Origin: Brevinema andersonii
Lineage (GTDB): Bacteria; Spirochaetota; DYKD01
Direction: 5' to 3'
Length of the DNA stretch: 64,000 bases
Assembly (NCBI GenBank): GCA_020722765.1
Contig: DYKD01000001.1
Span: forward strand, 2,025-66,024
How positions within the stretch are numbered: position 1 is the stretch's first letter; each line of letters opens with the position of its first letter. Below are positions 10,701-18,430 of this stretch, one piece after another. Position numbers and translations under genes: made by a program. Under the pieces are notes generated by a model. That model was given only the letters and a program-made list of their open reading frames with translations. It did no database searches and was not told where the DNA came from.

Positions 10701-11303
10701 GACCGTGTCAAAAGTATATTTTACAGGTAGAACATTTTGGACATTCAAGCCAAAACTGAAAAAAGGGGAAGGTTTCAAAAGAGCGCTTATATCCATCTCT
10801 ACATCATTACTTGGCTTATCACTAATGTTCTGATTTAAAAGTTTAATGGTTGATCCAACAAAAAATTTCTTCTTAAAGCCTTTGCTATAAGCAAAGGAAA
10901 GCAGATATTGTTTGGCAGAAAACTGTTCACGCTTTGCAGTAGGAGAATCATAACGTGTAAGGTTGTCTATGGAAAAATAGAAAAGCGAAAGTCCGAAAGC
11001 GTTCTCATAGGTCAATGGATTCACAAAACCAGTATAGATTATGGACATGCTTGAAATAAAATTATTATATATTTGAAAAAGGATTTCCCTGGATGAAATC
11101 TGTGACAAGCCTGCAGGATTCCAATAGATCGCAGAAGCATCATCCGCCATAGCAGTAAAAGAACCGCCTAGAGCTGATGCTTTCCCGCCAACACTGAATC
11201 CCAATAAAGACGGCAGGGAGCCTCCTGTTTCTGGATAGGCAGAGGATCCCATTATTGAAAAACCGATAAGGACACAAATGGTTATTCTTGTTACGAAAGT
11301 CAT
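7764..11303 (-). CDS. Fusion protein: N-terminal FadL/PorV-like outer-membrane β-barrel domain (~300 aa) + ~870 aa TPR-repeat region
   Basis: Signal peptide, then an AIYWNPAGL motif (the NPA hatch motif of FadL/OMPP1/PorV-type barrels) and β-strand-like alternating-hydrophobic segments. The remainder is dozens of 34-aa TPR-like units (Y..A...F.KAIEIDP... patterns) and ends with the protein terminus. Confidence 0.5.
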   Translation of the reverse strand: MTFVTRITICVLIGFSIMGSSAYPETGGSLPSLLGFSVGGKASALGGSFTAMADDASAIYWNPAGLSQISSREILFQIYNNFISSMSIIYTGFVNPLTYENAFGLSLFYFSIDNLTRYDSPTAKREQFSAKQYLLSFAYSKGFKKKFFVGSTIKLLNQNISDKPSNDVEMDISALLKPSPFFSFGLNVQNVLPVKYTFDTVDMGIPINLLTGVKLTFLKNRIDILADASKLILDDFNASQLNWSAGLQINVFDYLSVLGGIRNMHFSGGISLNVKDIKFCSSMNQTAMDNSDFQLSLIYKLKESTTAGAELDFFYKGTVFYNNRDYRNAMKYFQKVLEIRNDPTAQYYIDNCRRYLASEQWMSDEERQLIKFNLAKAKQLQDQSDFGGAIQAYRDVLNVNPENKEAIAEIETLKKQTEKDVRNYYNEALAFNKIGRYRESLAKVNTALALNPEHKPSLELKAKNELQLRDVFAAEEKEEQRQADAKALFEEGLMSYREEKWDDAIVSFQKSLSIVSDSTNVLQYLESARKNQKESKSIGERKKDAENYFKNGLAYYQNKKLKLASVEFERAVNTFPDYKEAQQYLEKVQQEYASLIDTPLEAGKVALRDNRLGDAIQNFRKVLEIDENNAIAKEFLNRANALVKDSIALYNNQGDSFFKQDRFSEALKEYRQTLLLDPGNTIAKSGIEKCRNRLKEKTDQNMKQGIDRFNAKEYVKAIDSFKKVLDIDPDYQTAREYIARAEEFYEKNKSLYMQQEHLNKGKDYFINRDYETAKKFFQLAVELDPNSAEGKEAAVQMKLADENMAKINKEEMIASKFTEGIIAFKNRRYDEAIKIWTDIKTVDPNNEFVDKYIEYAKRQQQEIGNKNYNIGVEAFKKGDLLTARTNFKKAIEIDPRYDKPKEFLARVNTSINNIINDNRSKGISSFDSGKYLDSITAFNEVLKYDAGNEDILERRALAQTANDFLNRGNTAFNDGQYADSAEIFGQIMKLNEKDNYAKNKYDQSIAEGRKQAQQWYQEALNYIDDGQLRRAESRLQAVKNATPDNKAASAKLNEVTAQIENQAKNFYGRGSDYFNQQKYGLAVQEFNKVLDLRNPYKDAFSLRERALREKAKLEQANSARNKDEAQKYMFEGIRLYRNDQLEEAIAQWEKVLQMFPNDDQAKKYIQRAKYKLEQLKKAQ

Positions 11304-12550
11304 CAGTCTTCCGCCAACGCTGATTCGTCATCAGCTCTTTTATTGGACTTGTTCTGAAAAGAATCCGGGGTTGATGATGTGATTTTTGCAATCGTCTGAC
11401 GGATCAAAGTGATATCTTCTTTTGAGCTCTCAGCCATCTTCGAAGTCAGTTCTGCAGTACTTCTCAAAGTTTTGACCATTTCAGACACAGTACCAGTAAT
11501 GACTTCCTCTCTCTTAAGTTTTTCTTTCTTGTATTTCAGATACACATTTTTATAGATCGCCATAGAAGCCAGAACAAGTATGACAATAAGAAACACGACA
11601 AAAAGATATACGAAAACGTTCAACACGATCTTTGTGACAGAGACGGGTAAAAAGAGATAAGCAGCCGTAAATGTCCCCCCGAACGCAGAATAGACAACCC
11701 TATAATCAGAACCTTCATGCGAGACTTTTGCAGGGAAACCGTTTTTCGACATGCTAAGGCGCAGCATATTCGCCGCATTCCTGTTCAGATCCTTTGACTG
11801 GTAATATGCCAAAGTGTTATCTGCAGCCAGGATCATCATGGTCGTGTTGAACTGTCCAGTCAACATGGAAAACTTGAATATTTCAGGTTTACATACGAGG
11901 TGAATAACCGCTTTAGGCTTCCCTTCTAGGGCAATTCTTTTCAGGATACTCACATAGGCATCCCCTTTATAGGAAAAGGAAGTCAGAAGAATTGGCTCTT
12001 TGAAATCAGGGAATTTTGTTGTGATTGGTTCCTTCATGACTGTCAAAAGAGGCTGCTTCTGTAGGTCGTATATTTCAAATCCGAAAATAGAGGGATCCTC
12101 CTTAAGAAATTTTTCAATGAAAAACTTCAACTCAAACCTCTTGTCATCCGATTTTGCAAAAAGGTAATTTTTAAAAACCTGGGAATCTGAAAGATCCGCA
12201 AGGAACTTATCATAAGAGACTAAAAAATCTGATGCCCTTTTTTCATTGATACGTGCATATTCCCTGACTTCCTTAAGACGACTGTCCATAAACAACCTAT
12301 CCGCCAGTGTATAAAAGACCGAAGGCTCTGCCCTTTTTACCTGCAAGGCTGTTCCTCTTGCACTAACAGGCCTTATTTTTTTGCCTTGCACTATATCCAA
12401 TATTTCCTTGCTCATTGTTTTGATCTGGACAGCCATATCATCAGGAACGACAGCAGGTAACTTATTATTAAGGGCAAGGTAACCAGTTCCAAGAGCAAGC
12501 GCTATAAACAGCAAAAGATATTTCAGTATGGAAAGAATTATGTTTTTCAC
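11303..12550 (-). CDS. Membrane sensor-like protein (TM – ~270 aa extracytoplasmic domain – TM – coiled-coil tail); apparent paralogue of 3417..4502
   Basis: Two TM helices flank a soluble domain. The cytoplasmic tail has the SEMVK…SKEDITLIR motif, comparable to SEMKNEKEDLR in the 361-aa protein. 1-nt overlap with the upstream gene. Confidence 0.5.
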   Translation of the reverse strand: MKNIILSILKYLLLFIALALGTGYLALNNKLPAVVPDDMAVQIKTMSKEILDIVQGKKIRPVSARGTALQVKRAEPSVFYTLADRLFMDSRLKEVREYARINEKRASDFLVSYDKFLADLSDSQVFKNYLFAKSDDKRFELKFFIEKFLKEDPSIFGFEIYDLQKQPLLTVMKEPITTKFPDFKEPILLTSFSYKGDAYVSILKRIALEGKPKAVIHLVCKPEIFKFSMLTGQFNTTMMILAADNTLAYYQSKDLNRNAANMLRLSMSKNGFPAKVSHEGSDYRVVYSAFGGTFTAAYLFLPVSVTKIVLNVFVYLFVVFLIVILVLASMAIYKNVYLKYKKEKLKREEVITGTVSEMVKTLRSTAELTSKMAESSKEDITLIRQTIAKITSSTPDSFQNKSNKRADDESALAED

Positions 12551-12610
12551 AGTTTAACCTCTAAATGCATGGTTCTACCTTTCCATTATCGACCTAAAAC
12601 AAGACTAAAT

Positions 12611-13267
12611 TCAGTTTTTTAACAGCTTAGAGATAGAATCATAATACTTCTGTGCCGGGAAAACAACTGGATAAAGCTCCTTAATACGCTCTTTTTTATC
12701 AAAATACCAAGCAGCCACAGCAAGATTGAAACGGATCTCCTCATCTGGTTTGAAAGAAAAAGCCTGGTTCAGTTTATCAAAAGCCCGTTCATAATCCTTT
12801 TTTTTCATTGCAAGAAGCCCAATATTATTGAGCAAATCAGCATCTGCGGGGTTGATTTCCAAGGCACGGGAGTAATATCTGGCAGCTAACTCTGTCTCAT
12901 TCCTCAAATTATAGATATTCCCCAAATTGACCAAACTTGCAAAATCATTCGTATTAAAGACCGATGTAGAGACAAAAGCCTCTAAAGCCTCATTATATCT
13001 GCCTGCCAATACCCTTGAAACGCCAAGATTATAGTATGACTCAGGGTTTTGCCTGTCAAGTTTTGTGACCATAACCAGGTACTTTTCCGCATTAGTCATG
13101 TCCTTTTTTTCTGCGAAAAGGACACCTAAACGCATGATGATATTGACCCGATCAGGATAATTTGAAACTATTGATTTATAGTTTTCAATTAAGGCATCCT
13201 GAGCAAAAATCATTGGTACAAAAACAAAAGAAAAAATGATGGTAAAAAAAGCCAATAACTGTTTCAT
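12611..13267 (-). CDS. Secreted TPR-repeat protein (218 aa)
   Basis: N-terminal signal peptide (FFTIIFSFVFVPMIFAQD), then several TPR-like units (YNLGVSRVLAGRYNEALEAF, LGNIYNLRNETELAARYYSRALEINP). Confidence 0.6.
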   Translation of the reverse strand: MKQLLAFFTIIFSFVFVPMIFAQDALIENYKSIVSNYPDRVNIIMRLGVLFAEKKDMTNAEKYLVMVTKLDRQNPESYYNLGVSRVLAGRYNEALEAFVSTSVFNTNDFASLVNLGNIYNLRNETELAARYYSRALEINPADADLLNNIGLLAMKKKDYERAFDKLNQAFSFKPDEEIRFNLAVAAWYFDKKERIKELYPVVFPAQKYYDSISKLLKN

Positions 13268-13391
13268 ATAGTGATATTATACTATAAATATGTTGAAATA
13301 TCAACTTTTTTTTAGCTAAAAAGAGTGAAAGCAGAGAGGGCACCGGACTTATCCTGCGATAGTGTATAAAGAAGTCAAGAAAGACAGGCTT

Positions 13392-15647
13392 TTACTTGAT
13401 CAAACTTATCGCGCCAGACTTTTCCTCAACCTGAAGAAGAGTCCATTTGCCTTTTTTTGTCGTAACATAAGAAATAGGAAGTTTTACAATTTGGGGGAAA
13501 CTTTGTACAAAAACCTCAGACATTAATATTTTATATGGTTCAATACTTGTCCGCTTGCCAGTTGCAAGATTATAATCCAACCCCATTCTTACCTCAAGAT
13601 CTGTTGAAATGAACTCCATATCCCTGATTTTCAAGATCTGGTTTTCATAATAGAACAACGAATTAATCTGGTCATAAAGGATGATATCTTTTAATAGGTC
13701 ATTGCCTATCTTTTTAGCAATGATATCCTGATAGGATGTGTCTTGTATGATGCCTTTTTTAAACCTAAGCTTCCCTGTAACGAGGCCTATTCCCTTTGAG
13801 CCAAGATCCACACTGCATTCCAAATCACCCTTGCCAGAAATACGTGAGGGAGTTGGCCCTAAAAGAGCCTGATATATTTCACTGACATCAACCGATGAAG
13901 CGATAGCGTGTATGAAGCCTTTGTTTGCTGAAACGTCGTAAGACACAGACGCATCAACACGTCCCAGATAGGCATCAACAACGATGTCTGGCAAAATGAT
14001 CCTATGATTGCTGAATAAGACTGATGATCGCAGATTAGAGCATTCAAATTTCTGAAATCCAAGTTTTTGGTCCTGCAGTGAACCTTTGATATACGGCTGT
14101 TTTGTCCTAATGTTATAATGTCCAGCAAGTTGCCCTGAAAGTCCCATACGGACTTGTGAAAGTGACAGGTTACGGAAAGCCGCATGGAGGGATAGCTCAT
14201 CCCCTGCCAAATCAAAATCACAGACCCAGGTCCCCCCCAAAGCGATGAATGAAAGTTGATCCCCTTTGGCAAGTCCTGGAGTGATGGTCGATCTCAGACG
14301 AAAATCAGACAACAGCATAGAACCAAAAGAAACACCCAAAAAAGAAGCATTCACAAGGACATTATAGTCTTTCATTGGATCCTGTTTTTCTGATTTCAAT
14401 ATCCGGCCATCCCATTTTATCTGATCCAAACTGATCTTATCACCTTTGACGTCGATATCCAGTTCAAGGGGTTCATTTCTGATATTGCCGGAAAATCCTT
14501 GAATATGAAAAACATCCTTACCAGATAACACAGTTGATGAAAATTTCTGTACTGCATTATTTCTCATCGTCAAAGTAAACGAGCTGAAACCAACCACATT
14601 TGACAGGAGATTGACAACATTGATCCTCTCTGAAAAAGCGTTTGCCTGTTCAATGATCCATGTCTTCTCTTTAAAATTTCCACTGATCCTTGCCTGAAAA
14701 GAAAGATTTCCAGATGCCTCAGGCTTGATCATGGAAAGCGGGAACGAAGTAGAACTAAAATCCATGGTATAAAAAAATCTCTGGAAATCATGGACATAAG
14801 CCGAAAAACTGAACTCCGTATCCTTGAAAAATCCTGAACTCCCTACAGCAGGAATTTCCACAATTTGGTCCGCATAACGAACAATAGCCATCCCATCCCA
14901 TTTTATGTCTGGACCAACAGCTTTTATCCTGATAGGAATCCTGGCAAAATCCGTAAAATGGGAAGTGATTGAAAACCATTCGAAATGTTTTTTGATCTCT
15001 GGTCTTGTAAATGATGCTTTGGCAAATGCGGAAATCATCCTGTTTGAAACGACAGCTTCAAGGTTTATAGTGGCAAAATCCTGAAAGTCTTCTGCTTCTG
15101 CGAATATGACTGTTTTTGAATCCTTGCGAGAGATGTTTATCTTATCAACCTGAAAAAAAGATGTTTTTGACTGAATTGCCAGGTCGCGGATAATGACACT
15201 TTCCACATCCACTGAAACAAGAGACTCGGATTGCCTCTCTTTCTGGGAGGGGTTGAATTTCCTGGCAATCTCCTTGAAGAAAAGCATATTATCATCAGTC
15301 GAGGTTGATATCTGAGCGAAAACACCTTGTATCTGGATATCTTCCAAAGTTATCTTTCTTTTTAAAAGATCCTTGATATTCAATCCAACCCGGGTTGAGG
15401 AAACAGTCAGGGGAATCTTGTTCTTATTGTGCAGGGAAACGTTCTTTACAGTAACACCCCTGAATATGTCAAGTGTCAGGCTTTCCAGACCGACTTCAGA
15501 ACCAACGACCTTTGTCAGGATTTCCTGCGCACGAAGACGAATATCTTTGAGATAATAGAAATTAATAAAAACAGTAAGCCCAATCAATAAAAGGAGTCCG
15601 CTTGAGGCAAGGAGAAGGATTATCTTGAATGGTCTGGAGAGTCTCAT
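13392..15647 (-). CDS. AsmA-family protein (AsmA/TamB-like outer-membrane assembly/lipid transport family)
   Basis: N-terminal TM anchor followed by LK..IR.RAQEIL.KVVGSEVGLESLTLDIFRGVTVKNVSL, matching the AsmA N-terminal pattern. A long β-rich region follows. 4-nt ATGA overlap with the upstream regulator gene. Confidence 0.5.
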   Translation of the reverse strand: MRLSRPFKIILLLASSGLLLLIGLTVFINFYYLKDIRLRAQEILTKVVGSEVGLESLTLDIFRGVTVKNVSLHNKNKIPLTVSSTRVGLNIKDLLKRKITLEDIQIQGVFAQISTSTDDNMLFFKEIARKFNPSQKERQSESLVSVDVESVIIRDLAIQSKTSFFQVDKINISRKDSKTVIFAEAEDFQDFATINLEAVVSNRMISAFAKASFTRPEIKKHFEWFSITSHFTDFARIPIRIKAVGPDIKWDGMAIVRYADQIVEIPAVGSSGFFKDTEFSFSAYVHDFQRFFYTMDFSSTSFPLSMIKPEASGNLSFQARISGNFKEKTWIIEQANAFSERINVVNLLSNVVGFSSFTLTMRNNAVQKFSSTVLSGKDVFHIQGFSGNIRNEPLELDIDVKGDKISLDQIKWDGRILKSEKQDPMKDYNVLVNASFLGVSFGSMLLSDFRLRSTITPGLAKGDQLSFIALGGTWVCDFDLAGDELSLHAAFRNLSLSQVRMGLSGQLAGHYNIRTKQPYIKGSLQDQKLGFQKFECSNLRSSVLFSNHRIILPDIVVDAYLGRVDASVSYDVSANKGFIHAIASSVDVSEIYQALLGPTPSRISGKGDLECSVDLGSKGIGLVTGKLRFKKGIIQDTSYQDIIAKKIGNDLLKDIILYDQINSLFYYENQILKIRDMEFISTDLEVRMGLDYNLATGKRTSIEPYKILMSEVFVQSFPQIVKLPISYVTTKKGKWTLLQVEEKSGAISLIK

Positions 15648-16885
15648 TTCTGAGCTGACTTTTCCCTCTTACGTTCCATCTCTTCCATTTTCTTGTAATA
15701 TTCCACCTGTTTCTTGAGTTCTTCAAGATCATTACAGTGGATTTTATTGTTGACTAAGGAGAATTTCTTGTTTGTAAAAAGCTGGTTGATAAGATCCTCC
15801 CCTTCACGTGGGGAAAAGCCTAACATCTTAATGAGGTCAGAAGGTGTCAGGTCGAAAGAATGCATTGCCTTATGTTCAATGGGGATGCGTATCTTTTCAA
15901 CCTGGGTGAGGAGAGTATCATAAATACGTGCGATGGGCGTCTTGATCAGAAGGTTTTCCAACTGTTTATATGCCAACCAAATCCGTTCACTGAGGAGTTG
16001 GATGAGGCGAACAGCAATCTGTGGTTTCTGAACAACCATAATCTCGAAGTTCTGCTTATTGACAGCAAGGAGCAAAACATCACCCGAAGCGATAGCAGAA
16101 GCTGTGCGTGGCTTATTTTCAAGCAAAGCCATTTCACCGAAAATATCACTCTCTTTCAAAGTTGCCAGAAGGATTTCCTTATCATTTATCAGTTTTGTAA
16201 TCTGGACTTTTCCCTGTTGGATGATGTAAAGCTCTTCCCCCGGCTCATTTTCGGAAAAAATCATGGTATCATTTGAAAACGTCTTGGTCAAAGAATTGTC
16301 TGGCAGATCTATTTTTGCCCCCCCCCCTGCAGATGTATCAACACCCAGAGACTGAAGCCGGACTGTTGCAGTTGACAGGAATTTGCCATTCTGACAATAC
16401 TTGAGATATTTCTTATAGCAATGGATTGCATAATTGAATTTCTTCTGTTTGAAGTAATATTCCCCAGTTGCAAAAAGACCTTCAATGCTCTCTTCCTGCA
16501 CATCATTCTTGAAAGTGAGCCGTGCAATCGCTGAATCATAGAAACGGAGACTCTTGGAGAACTGCTTGATTATCTTCATTGCAACAGGAGCGTTTTTCTG
16601 GATAAGTGTAGCAAACTGATCCCGCTTGACAGCAATCAGGCTTACATCCGTAAGCGCAACAGCGGATTCAAGCCTATTATGGGAACTCATGCAAGAGACA
16701 ACACCGAAAAAATCACCTGGATTGCAGATCGAAGGCATGGACGTGTCTTCTATGACATTGATTTCCCTAATCAGCTGGACTTTACCCTGACGAACTATAT
16801 AGAATTCACCAGAATCCGACTTGTCTTCTATGGTAATGAATGTATTTTGCTTGAAGTTCACTAGTCCGAATGCGGTTTCTGCCAT
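15644..16885 (-). CDS. Crp/Fnr-family regulator with two tandem cyclic-nucleotide-binding domains and C-terminal HTH
   Basis: Two CAP_ED-like segments (FYIVRQGKVQLIREI… and LYIIQQGKVQITKL…GEMALL). C-terminal LTPSDLIKMLGFSPREGEDLINQL resembles the Crp HTH. First gene of the minus-strand gene string. Confidence 0.65.
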   Translation of the reverse strand: MAETAFGLVNFKQNTFITIEDKSDSGEFYIVRQGKVQLIREINVIEDTSMPSICNPGDFFGVVSCMSSHNRLESAVALTDVSLIAVKRDQFATLIQKNAPVAMKIIKQFSKSLRFYDSAIARLTFKNDVQEESIEGLFATGEYYFKQKKFNYAIHCYKKYLKYCQNGKFLSTATVRLQSLGVDTSAGGGAKIDLPDNSLTKTFSNDTMIFSENEPGEELYIIQQGKVQITKLINDKEILLATLKESDIFGEMALLENKPRTASAIASGDVLLLAVNKQNFEIMVVQKPQIAVRLIQLLSERIWLAYKQLENLLIKTPIARIYDTLLTQVEKIRIPIEHKAMHSFDLTPSDLIKMLGFSPREGEDLINQLFTNKKFSLVNNKIHCNDLEELKKQVEYYKKMEEMERKREKSAQK

Positions 16886-16983
16886 ATCATTCCTTTGTAC
16901 TTCTAAAGATATACCAAATTTATCGGCAAAAAATCAACTTACATGAGTTAAAATAAACCATTTTCTACATATAATCAAATCTG

Positions 16984-18033
16984 TCAAATTCGCTTTTTGC
17001 CAGCGAAGGCTTTTCTAAGGCTTGTAAGATAAGGTTTCCGAATAACCCCTTTTTCAGTGATGAACCCAGCAATCAATTCATTAGGAGTGACATCAAAGGC
17101 AGGGTTATAGACACTGATGCCTAAAGGAGCTGTCATTTTTCCATTAAAAAAGCATAATTCATCAGCAGAACGCTCTTCAATCGGAATCTGGGCTCCTGTA
17201 GGGATTTTGAGGTCAAAAGTTGAGGATGGTGCTGCTATGTAAAAAGGGATCCCAAAATGCTTTGCAAGAATAGCAAGATTGAAAGTCCCAATCTTGTTTG
17301 CAGCATCACCATTGGCTGCAATCCGGTCAGCACCTGTAATAATTCCCTTCACACCCTTGTTTTTTATTGTAAAAGCCGCCATGTTATCAGCAATGACATT
17401 GACATTGATACCTGACTGCATGAGTTCCCATGCAGTCAACCTAGAGCCTTGAAGAAGAGGCCTTGTTTCATCAGCATAGACAGTAATGTTCTTTCCTTGC
17501 CTGTGAGCCTCGTAGAAGCAGGCAAGCGCTGTACCTAACCCCGCAGTTGCCAATCCTCCTGCATTGCAGTGTGTAAGAAAAACATCATTGTTCCTGATCA
17601 GCTTTGCGCCGTGCTGTCCCATTTTTCTGGACATGTCAAGATCCTCATAATAGATATCCATGGACTCTTCACGGACAAGCCTTTTCAAAGTGGCAGGATC
17701 CTTATCCAGATTGAGATCAAAAACACGTGCCATCCTTTCAGTAGCCCAGAACAGATTGACAGCCGTAGGTCTGGAACTGTTCAATTCAGAGACCGCATGA
17801 TGGAACTGCCTTGCCAGATGTTCTATCCTATATTCCTTGTTTTTTTGAACGAACAGAGCCAGCATGAAAGCGGCAGCCACACCAATAGCAGGAGCGCCAC
17901 GAACTTCCAGAGCACGGATTGAACGCACCATCTCTTGTACTGTGTTTATCTTCTTATAAACCAGTTTTTCCGGGAGACGAGTCTGATCAATCAACTCGAT
18001 ATAATCCTGTTTTAAGATAACTGTACGAATCAT
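16984..18033 (-). CDS. mtnA: Methylthioribose-1-phosphate isomerase / eIF-2B-related family protein
   Basis: Full-length similarity to MtnA/e2b2-family proteins (IDQTRLP, RGAPAIGVAAA, CNAGGLATAG.GTAL, ITGADRIAANGD.ANKIGT). Start placed at the internal MIRTVIL (18033), which is preceded by a GGGAGG SD; the longest ORF extends to 18081. Confidence 0.75.
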   Translation of the reverse strand: MIRTVILKQDYIELIDQTRLPEKLVYKKINTVQEMVRSIRALEVRGAPAIGVAAAFMLALFVQKNKEYRIEHLARQFHHAVSELNSSRPTAVNLFWATERMARVFDLNLDKDPATLKRLVREESMDIYYEDLDMSRKMGQHGAKLIRNNDVFLTHCNAGGLATAGLGTALACFYEAHRQGKNITVYADETRPLLQGSRLTAWELMQSGINVNVIADNMAAFTIKNKGVKGIITGADRIAANGDAANKIGTFNLAILAKHFGIPFYIAAPSSTFDLKIPTGAQIPIEERSADELCFFNGKMTAPLGISVYNPAFDVTPNELIAGFITEKGVIRKPYLTSLRKAFAGKKRI

Positions 18034-18152
18034 GAAGTCCTCCCGAAGGCAAAAACATGGACAACCATGTAACTGCTCCAATCGTCCTTACTAATATAAT
18101 CCATTAAAATGATTTCTGCAAAAAAAACAGATATGTCATATGAGTATTTGAT

Positions 18153-18181
18153 TTGACTTCCATCCTCTTTCTACGTATATT
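18153..18181 (+). promoter_or_regulatory. Candidate sigma-70 promoter TTGACT-N17-TATATT in the mtnA/rarA divergent region
   Basis: Hexamers read directly from sequence with 17-bp spacing. Lies ~250 nt upstream of rarA, and a short SD-preceded uORF sits between. Confidence 0.3.
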
Positions 18182-18430
18182 CAAAAGACATCCCCATGGA
18201 ATATGATTGTAAGTGGAAAAAATGAGCACCATCAACATTGAATTATCGAACAGGCTTTCCCGTCTTTCCCGTTATATACTATGAAACCTATGATAGATAC
18301 AAGAATCCTTCTTTCCTACAGGGAAAAGGAGCAAAAGATGTGGAAGTGGAAATTTTTACAATATCAAAGATTTACATCATGGCAGGATGGCACGTGGGGT
18401 TCTGCTATGGGAACACGGATATAACGAAAC

